64,000 bases of DNA from an uncultured Gammaproteobacteria bacterium (GCA_963844535.1 CAWJOP010000002.1:238013-302012), one strand, 5' to 3'. Numbered from the stretch's first letter, positions 51,308 through 62,700 are shown. Notes: generated by a model not told the origin, from the sequence alone. Made by a program: numbers and translations.

Positions 51308-51994
51308 ATGATGAATGATGAAATGAATTTAATTATCTTTGACATTGACGGAACACTCACGCAAACAAACGATGTGGATTCCATCTGCTTTGCTAAAGCC
51401 ATAAAAGATATGTTACAAATTAATGATCTAAATACCGATTGGGCTTCTTATCAATATTCAACGGATTCTGGCTTGCTCAATGAAATTTACACCCACTTTT
51501 TGCAAAGACTTCCTTCAAGTGAAGAAATCGATTTAATTAAGACGCGTTTTGTTGATTATTTAAAGCAAGCTTGGCAAGAAGATAAGGCATGTTATGCGCC
51601 TGTGCCTGGAGCAATATCTCTATTTGAACAAATCCTAGCACTTTCTCATTGGCATGCTGCGTTAGCAACCGGTGGTTGGAAAGAATCGGCATTATTTAAG
51701 TTATCATCAGCCGAAATTCCTCATCAATCGCTACCAAAAGCCTATGCTGATGATCACGTAGAACGAACAGAAATTATTAAGGTCGCTATCAAACAAGCAA
51801 GAAGCCTTCATCAAGTAGAAAAATACCAACGCATCATTTATGTCGGCGATAAAGCTTGGGATGAGCGCGCTGCCAATTTACTACAGATAGAATTTATTGG
51901 TGTAGGACAGGAATTTAATCAGCGAAAAGATGCGCAACAGTTATTTATTGAAACTTATGAACCTAGCGCGCCCTTGCTTAACTTTCTTCAATGA
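51308..51994 (+). CDS. HAD-superfamily hydrolase
   Basis: IFDIDGTLT, ATGG, YVGDKAWD. Confidence 0.88.
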   Translation: MMNDEMNLIIFDIDGTLTQTNDVDSICFAKAIKDMLQINDLNTDWASYQYSTDSGLLNEIYTHFLQRLPSSEEIDLIKTRFVDYLKQAWQEDKACYAPVPGAISLFEQILALSHWHAALATGGWKESALFKLSSAEIPHQSLPKAYADDHVERTEIIKVAIKQARSLHQVEKYQRIIYVGDKAWDERAANLLQIEFIGVGQEFNQRKDAQQLFIETYEPSAPLLNFLQ

Positions 51995-52011
51995 AGGTCA
52001 AATTTTCATGA

Positions 52012-53031
52012 GTGAGGATAGTAATGTTAATTGATACCTCTTGCCATAATTCTCCTGTACTCAAAACAGGTTGGGAGCGCTTTAAATCGCATGTTCAGCT
52101 TGATATCCCCACAGCGGAAAAGCTATTACAGCCGGTGACAACAAGCAAAATAGCACAATTAAATTTATGTGCTGAAGGATTGGCTAACACCAGCTATAAA
52201 ATTACGTTTGCATCACACCATCCACCAATTATTTTACGTATTTATATGCGCGAGCATTCTGCCTGTCAGCGAGAATTTGCTTTACATCAATTATTAAAAG
52301 ATAAAGTATCAATTGCCGAAATATTTTATATCGATACGAGTTGCAGTGTAATTCCTTATCCTTTTGCTGTAATGGAGTGGGTGGAAGGGATATTGATGCG
52401 TGAGGTGGTGCTGTCAGGTGAAGAAGATGCTATCCAGACTTGTGCATTTGAGGCAGGAAAATGTTTGGCAATGTTACGAGAGCTACGCTTTCAACAAAGT
52501 GGTTTTTTTCAAGAGGATTTAACCATCACCCCACTTTCAGTTAGTGCTGAGTCTTTTTGTTTTGCTTGGTTAGACAACCCTGAAGTGAGTTTAGGTTTAG
52601 GAAAGCTTCTGTGTGAAGCATTACATCAACTGGTTGAAAATCATTCATCGTTTTATCCGAGTGAGCAAGAAGTGAACTTAACCCATGCGGATTATGACCC
52701 CGCGAATATTTTAGTGAAGCAAGTACATCAAGAATGGAAAATAGCAGCAATTTTGGATTGGGAATTTGCGTTTTCCTGTTCTTATTTATTAGATATGGGT
52801 ACTTTTTTGCGTTATAGCCATCGATTACCTAACTATTATGAACAAGCATTTTGTAATGGAATTGAAACCGGGAAATCATTGCCGCCAGAATGGAAAAAGT
52901 CCATCAAACTAATGGACATCGGTTGTTTACTCAGTTTGCTTGAACATAATCCCCCCGAGAAAAGCCCTAAGCTTCATCAGGATGTGGTCTCTTTATTGCA
53001 AGATACTGTCACAAACTGGGAGAAATTTTAA
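52012..53031 (+). CDS. Aminoglycoside phosphotransferase/kinase-like protein
   Basis: EGLANTSY, HADYDPANIL, LDWEF. Confidence 0.85.
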   Translation: MRIVMLIDTSCHNSPVLKTGWERFKSHVQLDIPTAEKLLQPVTTSKIAQLNLCAEGLANTSYKITFASHHPPIILRIYMREHSACQREFALHQLLKDKVSIAEIFYIDTSCSVIPYPFAVMEWVEGILMREVVLSGEEDAIQTCAFEAGKCLAMLRELRFQQSGFFQEDLTITPLSVSAESFCFAWLDNPEVSLGLGKLLCEALHQLVENHSSFYPSEQEVNLTHADYDPANILVKQVHQEWKIAAILDWEFAFSCSYLLDMGTFLRYSHRLPNYYEQAFCNGIETGKSLPPEWKKSIKLMDIGCLLSLLEHNPPEKSPKLHQDVVSLLQDTVTNWEKF

Positions 53032-53125
53032 TTTGTGTTATTGAGCTGTTTTCATGGGTAAATCTAATTTTAAATATGTAGATTTCACATGGTTTGTAGT
53101 ATTATGTGCCCCTTTCAAGCAATAA

Positions 53126-53201
53126 GCCGACATAGCTCAGTTGGTAGAGCAACTGATTTGTAATCAGTAGGTCGTGAGTTCGAGTCCCACTGTCGGCACC
53201 A
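53126..53201 (+). tRNA. tRNA-Thr(UGU)
   Basis: GCCGACA/TGTCGGC acceptor stem, ACTGA-TTTGTAA-TCAGT anticodon arm, TTCGA, ACCA end. Confidence 0.96.
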
Positions 53202-53316
53202 GTGTTTATAAGGGATTTGGAGGATTGACAAAACTCAAAATTTAGTTCGGTGCTATACTGGTGCTATGTTAAAGATATAATTTTAGTAAGTTTCATTAAT
53301 TTTCAGCAAATATTTT

Positions 53317-53961
53317 GGGTCTTTCCCAAAAGAGGGGGCAGTTAATTAGGAACATAATACTTTAACTCTAAGTCTATAATTTTCAAAATTTCTAAAGCCA
53401 TAAGCCCTACGTTGAATCAATTTCATTTTTCGATGAAAGCCTTCAGTAATGCCATTATTTTTAACAAACCGCCACATGCGGACGATCTCTTCTCGCCATT
53501 GGTAAAAGGTATTAGCTAAAGTCACTAACGGTTTAAAACGGGATGCTTTCAGTTGCAAAAGATAATTCCTAAATATCGGAAGTAACCGTTTACAGTATTT
53601 AGCTTTACGATGCTTGTGCATTAACAGGCGATGAAAGCGCTGTTTAAAATCGTAGATAGCGGCAACAGGAGGTTGTTGCCTAAAGTAAGCGTCTCGTAAT
53701 TGAAGTTGTTTTGGAGTGAGACGATTAGGATGAGTACGCAGCATGCCTAATAAGCCGCGTTGATAGCGTAAATTAGGGTCTATCGCGTGATAGGTTTGTA
53801 AACACATTTGTTGTAGTAATCGAATGACATGAAAACGGTCGGCCACTATTTTAGGGTCTTTCCCAAAAGAGGGGGCGGTTAATTAGGAACATAATACTTT
53901 AACTCTTAATCTATAATTTTCAAAATTACGAAAGCCATGAGCCCTGCGTTGAATCAACTTC
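53317..53961 (-). mobile_element. Two tandem ISL3-family right-end remnants (53317-53853 and 53854-53961)
   Basis: ADRFHV, NNGITEGFHRKMKLIQRRAYGFRNFENYRLR; end GGGTCTTTCCCAAAAGAGGGGGC repeated at 53317 and 53854. Confidence 0.88.
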
Positions 53962-54078
53962 CGGAAGATTTTAGAAAGGCTTAGAGGAAGGAAGCCATAG
54001 CTAAGCTTTCCAGTAATACCTATAAATTGAGAATGAAAGCTGGCAGTTACACAGAATCATTTGCAGATTTCACAAAAT

Positions 54079-54172
54079 AAAAAAGAACCTGCCATACTTT
54101 CATCCCTGATTCAGCTTCCTTGCTGATATTTGATCCCTCTAATCCCTTGAAGAGTATGGCAGGTTCCTTCAG
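54079..54172 (-). ncRNA. RsmY/RsmZ-like CsrA-binding sRNA, copy 2
   Basis: GGA motifs AGGGAT, AGGGAT, AAGGAA, AGGGAT within stem GAACCTGCCATACT / AGTATGGCAGGTTC plus U-tract; -10 TATTAT; upstream TGTAGGATTTTTATGACA (54228-54245). Confidence 0.7.
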
Positions 54173-54382
54173 GAGGAATAATACCTAAATCCGTATAGGT
54201 TATCTGTAGTATAATTCATGTACTGTTTGTAGGATTTTTATGACATGTCAAAAAGTCGAAAATTGGTATTTCTGTAATACCTTTCCAAAAGACTTAGGTT
54301 AAGGGTTTCAGTAAGCGCTTCCCGAAGCGCTTATCAAAGCATTATTTTCTGTAATAATGCATCATTCAACAAGCATCAATCT

Positions 54383-54739
54383 TTAATAATGATCAGTTCT
54401 TAGATTTTTTACTTCACTTATTTTTGCACATTGTAATCGTTTTAATATCTCTCTTGCTTGCTCATTTTTTCCAGCCATGTTAGTTCTGATGTTATTGGTG
54501 GTTTTTTTAACCACGTTGATGAAAGCTTGATAATAGTCTGGATAACTTAGATCGCGTAGGGTGCGAAAACTACTGATCGCCAACACCACCATGTGTGCCA
54601 TTGCATCCGATAATGGCTTTAAGGCTCCTGAATGTTTTCTAAAATCACCGTGATCATGATTTAAAAAATAGCTGAGATAGGGCTGATAGCAACCAATATA
54701 GCTACCATCCGCTAAACAAGCTGCAAAACCCAACCCCAC
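54383..54739 (-). CDS. Hypothetical protein; frame open further upstream without a start codon, possibly degenerate
   Basis: ORF track; reading frame stays open to about 54886. Confidence 0.35.
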   Translation of the reverse strand: MGLGFAACLADGSYIGCYQPYLSYFLNHDHGDFRKHSGALKPLSDAMAHMVVLAISSFRTLRDLSYPDYYQAFINVVKKTTNNIRTNMAGKNEQAREILKRLQCAKISEVKNLRTDHY

Positions 54740-55226
54740 TAAAGTTCGGATATCTCGAACAAAATCATCTCCGAGTGGGCTTGAATGTGTGGCATAGTAT
54801 TCAAAGGAAATATGAAAAAGCTCCGCAAGACAAGTAATATCGCCGTTGCGTGAAGGCGGCGCAGCCGCTACACTGGTGGGAACCTGTTAACCTCTTCGCA
54901 GGTTGATATGGCCAGCACCGTGTAAAGTGTTCAAGCACTTTCGCGGTGCGCCTAAACTTAAGAAAGATGAAAGGCTAGTGCTTAAATTCTCGCGTGCCTC
55001 ATCTTCTCAAATTTACCGATTTCCTGGCTATTATCACCACGAAATCAGCTTGTTTATCCTGGCTGATACAAGACTAAATGTCAACGGCTCAACATCCGTT
55101 GTAGCAGCAATCCTGTAATGTCCTCTTTGAGCAATTTAGAGATGTCCTATTTTGCCCTTAGTTTTTAGGTAGTCTAAAAGACCATCTAAAGCTGAGGAAC
55201 CGATCAGGGCAATTGGACGATTTACG

Positions 55227-56532
55227 ATGAGTACGCGAGAGATAGAACGCCTAACGATTATCCAGAAAATTGTAGAAAAACGCCTCAAGCAAGAACGAGG
55301 GGCAAAGTTATTGAAGGTGACACCGCGCCAAATCAGACGATGGGTAAGAGCTTACCGTCAGCAGGGTACACAAGGGTTAATATCAAAGCAGCGAGGCCAA
55401 GTCAGTAATCATCACCATACTGAGGAAACGCAACGGCAAATAAAGCTTTGTGTTATTGCGTTATGTGGATTTTGGGCCAACTTTTGCAGCAGAGAAGCTG
55501 CGTGAGTGTCATGGATTAAAGGTCAATAAAGAGACCTTACGTCAATGGATGATCGACTGGGGAATATGGAAAGCCAAACGTCATAAAGCAGTCAGAATTC
55601 ATCAAACCCGTCAGCGTCGCACTTGCTTTGGCGAACTCGTACAGATTGATGGTTCTCATCACGACTGGTTTGAAGGGCGTGCATCCAAATGCTGTTTGTT
55701 AGTTTTTATAGACGATGCCACCAGTCGCTTGGTTGGATTACGTTTTGAAGCAGGGGAAACAACGGCTGGTTATTTTAAACTAGGGCAAATCTATATGAAG
55801 CAATATGGCAGACCGTTAGCCCTTTATAGCGATAAGGATAGTATATTTCGCACCACTCGGCCTTATCAAATCAATCTGGAAAATACCGAAACACAATTTA
55901 GCCGTGCGATGCGGGAGTTAGATATTGAGCTCATTTGCGCTGATTCACCTCAAGCAAAAGGAAGAGTAGAACGCGCCAATGGTACGCTTCAGAAACGATT
56001 AGTCAGAGAAATGCGGCTGCGTAACATAAATAATATAGAGGATGCCAATGCGTTTCTACCAGAGTTTATAGAAGACTATAATAATCGGTTTGCTGTTGAG
56101 CCTTGCTGCACAATCAATGCTCATCGCAGTACGCTTCCTGATGCAAAAATTTGGGATTTAGTTTTTAGTTTTCAATACGAACGTACGCTGTCTAAAAATT
56201 TGGAAATGAGCTATGACAGCAAGATTTACCAGATTAAGGAGTCCACAAGTGGCTATCGATTACGTCACGCAAAAATTAAGGTTTGCGAAAGCTTAACCGG
56301 TGCAATAACGCTCTTATCCCAGGGAAAGCAATTAAATTATGTCTGCCACGACAAACAACAACGCGCTGCATAAATAGTTGCCTCCAAAGAATTGGAAAAG
56401 AAAATGAATATACTCCGCCAAACTACCAAAAAACCTGTTTCTAACCGAAATCATCCTTGGCGACTTCCTTTTAAAGAAGATGAAAAACAAATTAACAATA
56501 AAAATATAAGCCAGCAAATTCTCAATATTTGA
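55227..56532 (+). pseudogene. IS1202/ISNCY-family DDE transposase, frameshift near 55450 and in-frame TAA at 56371
   Basis: N-terminal HTH; DFGPTFAAEKL, GELVQIDGSHHDW, IDDATS, YSDK, SPQAKGRVER; frame continues after the stop to NHPWR...NI*. Confidence 0.88.
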
Positions 56533-56581
56533 TCCAATTAAGCTATTTGGTGTTCCAAATCATCCGTAGCAAGCACAAGTA

Positions 56582-59362
56582 TTACATTTGTAAAGTATTA
56601 GTTACGTCTATTGGCTGTTTATTCTCAAGATTAATTCCTTCTGGTGGAGGTACAAAAACTCCACTAATATTGCCTGGATTCAAAAGAGAAAGCTGCTGCT
56701 CTAACGGGTCAATCACTTTAATTTCTGTTCCTTCTCTAGCTTTTCTTTTGACGGCAGGGTGGCGATCATGATGATCAAACACAATTAAGTGTTTGCCATC
56801 AACACAATATACTTTATCAGTCCATAGCCTGTCATCTTCATGGATTTTCAATTGTACAATGCAATTATTTAAAGTTTGTACATTACTATTCCGCTTTCGA
56901 GATACCTTGCTCGTATCTTCACTTAAATCCATTTGATCGTAATTACTTTTACTTAAAGCATTCTCAAATTTTTCAAGAAACGGTGGATTTAAGTGAGGAT
57001 GTATCACGGCATAACAATTGGAAAAACGAGGGTGCTGAATACGGATTAATCCGTTCATTCCTTCCTTAAAACATACAGGGCCTACTTTCCATTTAACTTT
57101 GGGCTTAGGATTTGGTGATAGAATATTGATGGTTTCATTGAGCAAACGAGCTTTTTCTGCCTGAAAAAAATGGTGAATTTTAACCGGATCATATTTTTCC
57201 ATTTCTAGGTTAGTTTGCTCTTCTGGAATAAACTCATCTTTCTCTTGACGATTATCTATTTCCGAAGTATCCACGACATGGGTTGGTGGATTTTCTGACA
57301 GAATAGGCTCTTCTTCTTTCAAAAGGTCTTTTACTACACTAATATCGGTAAATAGCTCTGGCTCTATGCTTTGTAAAATATTTTCAGTGGTTTTCTGGTC
57401 TTTCCTCAAAACAGAAAGTAATAACTTATAAAGCTGGCCTTTTAAATTATTAGGATCAATTTCTAATGCTAAGTCGATATACTTCATTGCCATATCATAG
57501 CTAGTATCGTTTCTGTTTGATAAAATTTCTAAGGCTAATGAAAGATAAAAATGTGATAGCATGTCAGGATTAGCGCCTAAGCTACGTATTTTTTGGATTA
57601 AAACCTCAGCCTTATCAACTTGTTGATTCGCTAAATACAAAACCGATGCTGCACTATTACATAAAACGCTATAACCAAACTCAAGTGGGTATTCCTTTTC
57701 AAAGCGTTCAACTAAACTTAATCCCAGCTCATACTTGCCTGCTTGGATGCAAATATTCAAAATTTTAAAAATTTCTGTAGCAATATTAATATTCACATCT
57801 TCCTTAAAATTTTTCTCCGTAAGTGCAAAAGATTGTTCCGCACTGATTACGGCTTGATCATGATCACGTAGCCTGATATAGCAAATAGCTTTTAGATCTA
57901 ATGCCATAATGTTTGCACTACGACTAACAAACTTTGCATCAACAATTTTCAATAAATCTAACCAACTTGAATCACCAGTTAATGTACGGACATAGGCCGT
58001 ACAAATTTTGGAATATTCGCCAAATTCTGATTGGTCACAAATCTTTAAAGCTTCTTCATAATCTTGAAATTTCAGTAAAAGAGTTAAATAACGCTGAAAA
58101 GTTTCTTCATCTTTTGGATCAAAATAAAAAGCATTTTTAAAACTTTCTAAAGCCTCTTTTTCTTTCATCAGAAATGCTTTGGTACAACCTAAATTAAACC
58201 ATACTTCCATTTTATCTTTATTAGCTCTTTGTTCGGGAAACTTGCCTATAGCTTGTTGTAGACAATATTCGCTTTTTAGAAATAACCCAATCTGCTTATA
58301 GAGATTACCTAACATATAATAAAAATTTACTATTTCTTCATTAGAAATTTCTTTTGGATCAAGCCTGCTTAATGCAAACTCGTTAAGTTCGGTAACTACT
58401 TCAACTTGATGTTGTTCCGCAAAAGCTCGTGAAGCTTTTAATATACCAAATACTACAAAATCAGTAGTTATCTTGCCGCTTTGAATAAGCTTTGATAATT
58501 CAGTAATAAGAATCTGTGGTTGAAATGGAGTTTTACTCGTTAATATCAGTGCATCAATTAAACAGCAACATTCATTTTTGTTAAGCCCCCCTGGCTTTTT
58601 CACTAGCCATGCTTTAACCTCTTGAAAAATTTGCTGATTAAAATAGGGAAGTAAACATCCTTTATAGTAGTTTGCAACTGCCTGTTCAGCTATATCTTCC
58701 TGTGGAGAAGATAAATTTACTCCTGGAGACGTATTCTCAATATTGCCTTTTCCAACTTCTTGTCTAAATTGAATGTAATTTAAGCCCATGCACTTGAGGT
58801 CTTTTTTAGCGCCTTGCTTGATAAGTTCTAAAGTAGCTGCTGAATTTTTAAATAATATAGCCATAAATAAAGGCGTGAACTCATTATGGTTCTTAATATT
58901 TAAGTTCGCTTTATATTGTTTCAATAATAGGATAAGTGAAGTATTAACCTCTCTGACAACTACTCGATGTAAAGGTGTGTCTCCCTGTCCATCTTTGGCG
59001 TTTGGGTTAAAGCCTTTTTGCAAAAGATATTCAACAATTTCATTCGCACCATACAAACATGCTTCATGCAACAGGGTAATTCCATCTGGGTCAGCCGTCT
59101 TTGTTAAATCATAGTCACACTCATCTATGAGAAATTTTAGAGTATTGAGTTTTTTCTTCTGAACAGCTTTTATGGCTACGGTTTCAAATAACTCTTGGGG
59201 ACTAATTTTTAGAGATCTAATAGAGTCTTTTAGTTGATTAAAGTCAGGAAGCTTCTTAAGCTCTTTAACTTCAAAATGATTAAGTAGATGATAAAATAAA
59301 TCTTTTGTATTTTTAGAAGATAATATGGACTTTTTGGCTGAAGTTAAATATTTTTCTTTCAT
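56582..59362 (-). CDS. Ankyrin-repeat + TPR protein, 926 aa
   Basis: TLLHEAC, GDTPLH, FTPLF ankyrin motifs; YYMLGNLY, WFNLG, ALEIDPNN TPR-like motifs. Confidence 0.85.
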   Translation of the reverse strand: MKEKYLTSAKKSILSSKNTKDLFYHLLNHFEVKELKKLPDFNQLKDSIRSLKISPQELFETVAIKAVQKKKLNTLKFLIDECDYDLTKTADPDGITLLHEACLYGANEIVEYLLQKGFNPNAKDGQGDTPLHRVVVREVNTSLILLLKQYKANLNIKNHNEFTPLFMAILFKNSAATLELIKQGAKKDLKCMGLNYIQFRQEVGKGNIENTSPGVNLSSPQEDIAEQAVANYYKGCLLPYFNQQIFQEVKAWLVKKPGGLNKNECCCLIDALILTSKTPFQPQILITELSKLIQSGKITTDFVVFGILKASRAFAEQHQVEVVTELNEFALSRLDPKEISNEEIVNFYYMLGNLYKQIGLFLKSEYCLQQAIGKFPEQRANKDKMEVWFNLGCTKAFLMKEKEALESFKNAFYFDPKDEETFQRYLTLLLKFQDYEEALKICDQSEFGEYSKICTAYVRTLTGDSSWLDLLKIVDAKFVSRSANIMALDLKAICYIRLRDHDQAVISAEQSFALTEKNFKEDVNINIATEIFKILNICIQAGKYELGLSLVERFEKEYPLEFGYSVLCNSAASVLYLANQQVDKAEVLIQKIRSLGANPDMLSHFYLSLALEILSNRNDTSYDMAMKYIDLALEIDPNNLKGQLYKLLLSVLRKDQKTTENILQSIEPELFTDISVVKDLLKEEEPILSENPPTHVVDTSEIDNRQEKDEFIPEEQTNLEMEKYDPVKIHHFFQAEKARLLNETINILSPNPKPKVKWKVGPVCFKEGMNGLIRIQHPRFSNCYAVIHPHLNPPFLEKFENALSKSNYDQMDLSEDTSKVSRKRNSNVQTLNNCIVQLKIHEDDRLWTDKVYCVDGKHLIVFDHHDRHPAVKRKAREGTEIKVIDPLEQQLSLLNPGNISGVFVPPPEGINLENKQPIDVTNTLQM

Positions 59363-59727
59363 AGAGATGTCTCATAATGTTAGTTGCTCCCTGCAAATTT
59401 TTTGAGTTTTATTAGTAATATCGCAATTATAATTAAGCATGCTGATCTTGCAAGCTAATATCTATTTTTGAATTTAAGCAAATATTCATCAAAAACCAAA
59501 CTACTGCCATCAGTTTGGCTTTCGGCTAAAGCCAAATAAAGACATTAAAGGAAATAGTTCTTGGAGATAGGGGTTTAACCATTTAGAGAACTATAGAAAG
59601 ATTACACATTAGTTTTTTAAGCAATCTAAAATCTCTCCGCCAAAAGCGGACATCCCTATCTTGCTAAAAAGAGGACATCTCTAAATTGCTTTGACACGAT
59701 CTAACGTCCGTATTAGCTACTGTCAAG

Positions 59728-62700
59728 TCAAATTAAAATAGGTTTTTTTGCCTTTTGTTTTTCTTCTACAAGTCTGCTTAGCTTTTCAATGGTCGGTGCA
59801 GTTATCGCAATATCGTGTACGTTGAACTCAACGTTAAACACTTTTTCGATTTCGACAATCAGTTGCACACTTAACAAAGAAGTACCTCCCATGTCATAAA
59901 AATGATGATGAATACCGATCTGATTAATACCCAGCACCTCTTTCCAAATTTCTGCTAGCTTTTTCTGAATCGCTGTTTTGGGCAAAACATAGTTTTCCTT
60001 ACTTAGTGGATAAAGTATTTTAGGTAAGGCTTTCCGATCAATCTTGCCGTTGGAGCTAATTGGCAATGCTTTAAGAAAGATAAAGTAACTGGGGATCATA
60101 TAGTGAGGTAAGTGAACGCGTAAAAAACTTTTAATTCGACTGATCAAATGACGATGGATACGCGGCAAAAGCGGTTTGTTTGTGTAGTATTCCCAAGCTT
60201 GAGTTAATTCTTCCTGACTGTTTTGTAAGAAATATAAATAATCCCGATTCACTGGCTCCGACATAGATTTTTTCCTAAATAGCACCTGAAAATGATTGAT
60301 AGAATTTTCGCTTGACCAACTAATACTCGCGTAATAACCATGTTCTGTTGCAATTTCATAAATAACTTCTGGGGCAACTGAATGTGTTTTTGCTGTATTG
60401 ATAAGTTGTTTACAGTGCAAAAACCAATCTTCTTCCTGAGAAAAATCTTCTTTGAGTATCTGACTGATACCCGCTACGCGCTGATTAAGAATATTTTTAA
60501 TCGCAAAATAAGTTGGGTTTTCTTCGGATAAAATGGTATGTAGCTTATCTAAATGAAACTGCTCTTGTTGCCAATCATGCCAAGTTACGGTTTCAGCAGG
60601 GTTATTAACTACGTGGTCGATATATAAAATGACATCATAACGAAAGCGGTTCATTTCGTTATGGAATTTACCTTCTTTGAGCAATATTTCTACATGGCTG
60701 ATACGTGGCTCTATTTTTTGTAGTGCATAAAAGAAATTAGCATCAATTATCAATTCATTTTCTTCTTCAACTGAACGATCAACTAGTGCTTTCCACTCTA
60801 AATAAGTCAGATTTTGAATGTTTTTATTCAGTAGTGCTTGAGCATGAAAAGAGCGAAGGTGAACCAAACTTCTAATATCGCCGATAAATAAATGTCCTTT
60901 AGCGCGAATTTTACTGATACATTGTTTTAAAACATCCAAAAGGTATTCTACATTGGGAAAATATTGAACAACGGAATTTAAAATGACCGTGTCATAAGTT
61001 TTGGTAAACTGTTTGGTCTGGTTTGCTTCACATTGAATGAGTTTGACTTGTTTTAAATTTAATGGATTTAATAGTTCTTGAACATGATGTAATGTCTTGC
61101 TTGAAAAATCGCTAGCATCATAATACTCCATTTCAGGAGCCAAACGGAACAACAATAATCCTGTGCCGCAGCCAATTTCCAGAACCGATTGTGGTTGTAA
61201 GGATAAAATGCGTTTTATGGTACAATTGACCCATTCTTGCATTTGAATTTGAGGGATAGGTTTATTTGAGTCACTACTCACCCAACCTGCGGTATTGAAA
61301 TAGGGATCATCAGAAGTTTGTAAGGTATTCGCTAGACATAATTCATCATATACTTTTTGCCAATACTGCGTTTGTTCAGTTTGTAATTCAGAGGCGGTGG
61401 CTTCTTCTAATACACCTAACTTTTTTTGTAGTGTGAGATAAGCGGCTAGTTTTTGGCGGGTTCCTGCTTCAATAGGCAGTACTAAAGCTTGTTTAATACC
61501 AGGAAAATCCAGTAAGTATTTTTCTATTGCATTTACTTCGATACGGTATCCCGCAATTTTCACTTGGAAATCAATCCGGCCTAAAAATTCAATATTTCCA
61601 TCGGGTAAGTAGCGACCTAGATCACCCGTTTTATAAATAAACCCGTAACGAGGATGTTGAATAAATTGTGCCGCTGTACGTTCTGTATCTCGCCAATAGC
61701 CTTTAGCGACGCCTTGTCCACCAATAAATAATGCGCCACTTTCACCTGCTGGGGCAGGATTTAATGCTTCATCTAAAATGTAAAAGGCTTGATTTTTCAT
61801 GGCTTTTCCATAGGGAATGCTTTTCCACTTTGGGTCGACACTATGAATGGGGTAAAGAATAGACCAAATCGATGCTTCGGTTGCACCACCTAAACTAATG
61901 ACATCCACTGAGCCAAACACATCTCGGATTTTTTGCGGAAGGTCTAGGGGAATCCAGTCGCCACTCAATAAAACCAGACGAAGCTCATGATCAGGAATTT
62001 TGGTATATTTATGCGTTAAGTATTCGATGAAAATATTCATGAGCGCCGGAACAGAATCCCAGACTGAAATTTTTTCTTTAAAGAAAATAGTATCCCAACG
62101 GGTCGGATCACCTGCATCGGCTGGATGAGTCATGACAATCGTACTGCCTGCGGTAAGTGCACCGAAAATATCATAAACTGATAGGTCAAAGGTCAAAGCA
62201 GAAATAGCAAAAATCTTATCTCTCTCATCGACTGAAAACCGTTCATTAATATCGAGAATCGTATTCATTGCAGCTTGGTGGGTAATCATGACGCCTTTGG
62301 GTGTGCCCGTAGAACCCGAAGTAAACACGACATAAGCTAAATCTTCTGCACTTTGTTGTGCCGGGAGAAATATCGTTTGATCTTCATTATTTGGAACCAG
62401 TGAATCAACAAAAATAAGGGTTTTATCCTGCGGCCATGCAGAGCATTTTTGATACTGACTTTGCGTCAGTATCACATTCACTTCACCAATATCCAACAAA
62501 TATCGCAAACGTTCAGGGGATTCATTTGGATCAATTGGCAAATAGGCTGCTCCAGATTTTAGAATACCCAATACCGCAACAACCTGTTCCCAACCCTTTT
62601 CCATCACAACAGCCACAAGTTGGTTAGATTTAACTTGTAAGGTAAGAAGCTTTTTAGCAAGGTGGTTAGCTATCGTTGCGAGTTCGCGATAAGTGATTTG

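Larger units (their letters stand above)
55100..59696 (+). mobile_element. IS1202/ISNCY-like element carrying a passenger gene
   Basis: TGT...ACA ends with tandem AGCAA-N7-ATGTCC subrepeats; 19-bp identity 55130-55148 vs 59672-59690; imperfect 15-bp flanking direct repeat. Confidence 0.8.

Noticed and set aside
55440-55465. Programmed frameshift in the IS transposase
   Set aside because: No clear slippery heptamer, and a second lesion (TAA 56371) points to decay
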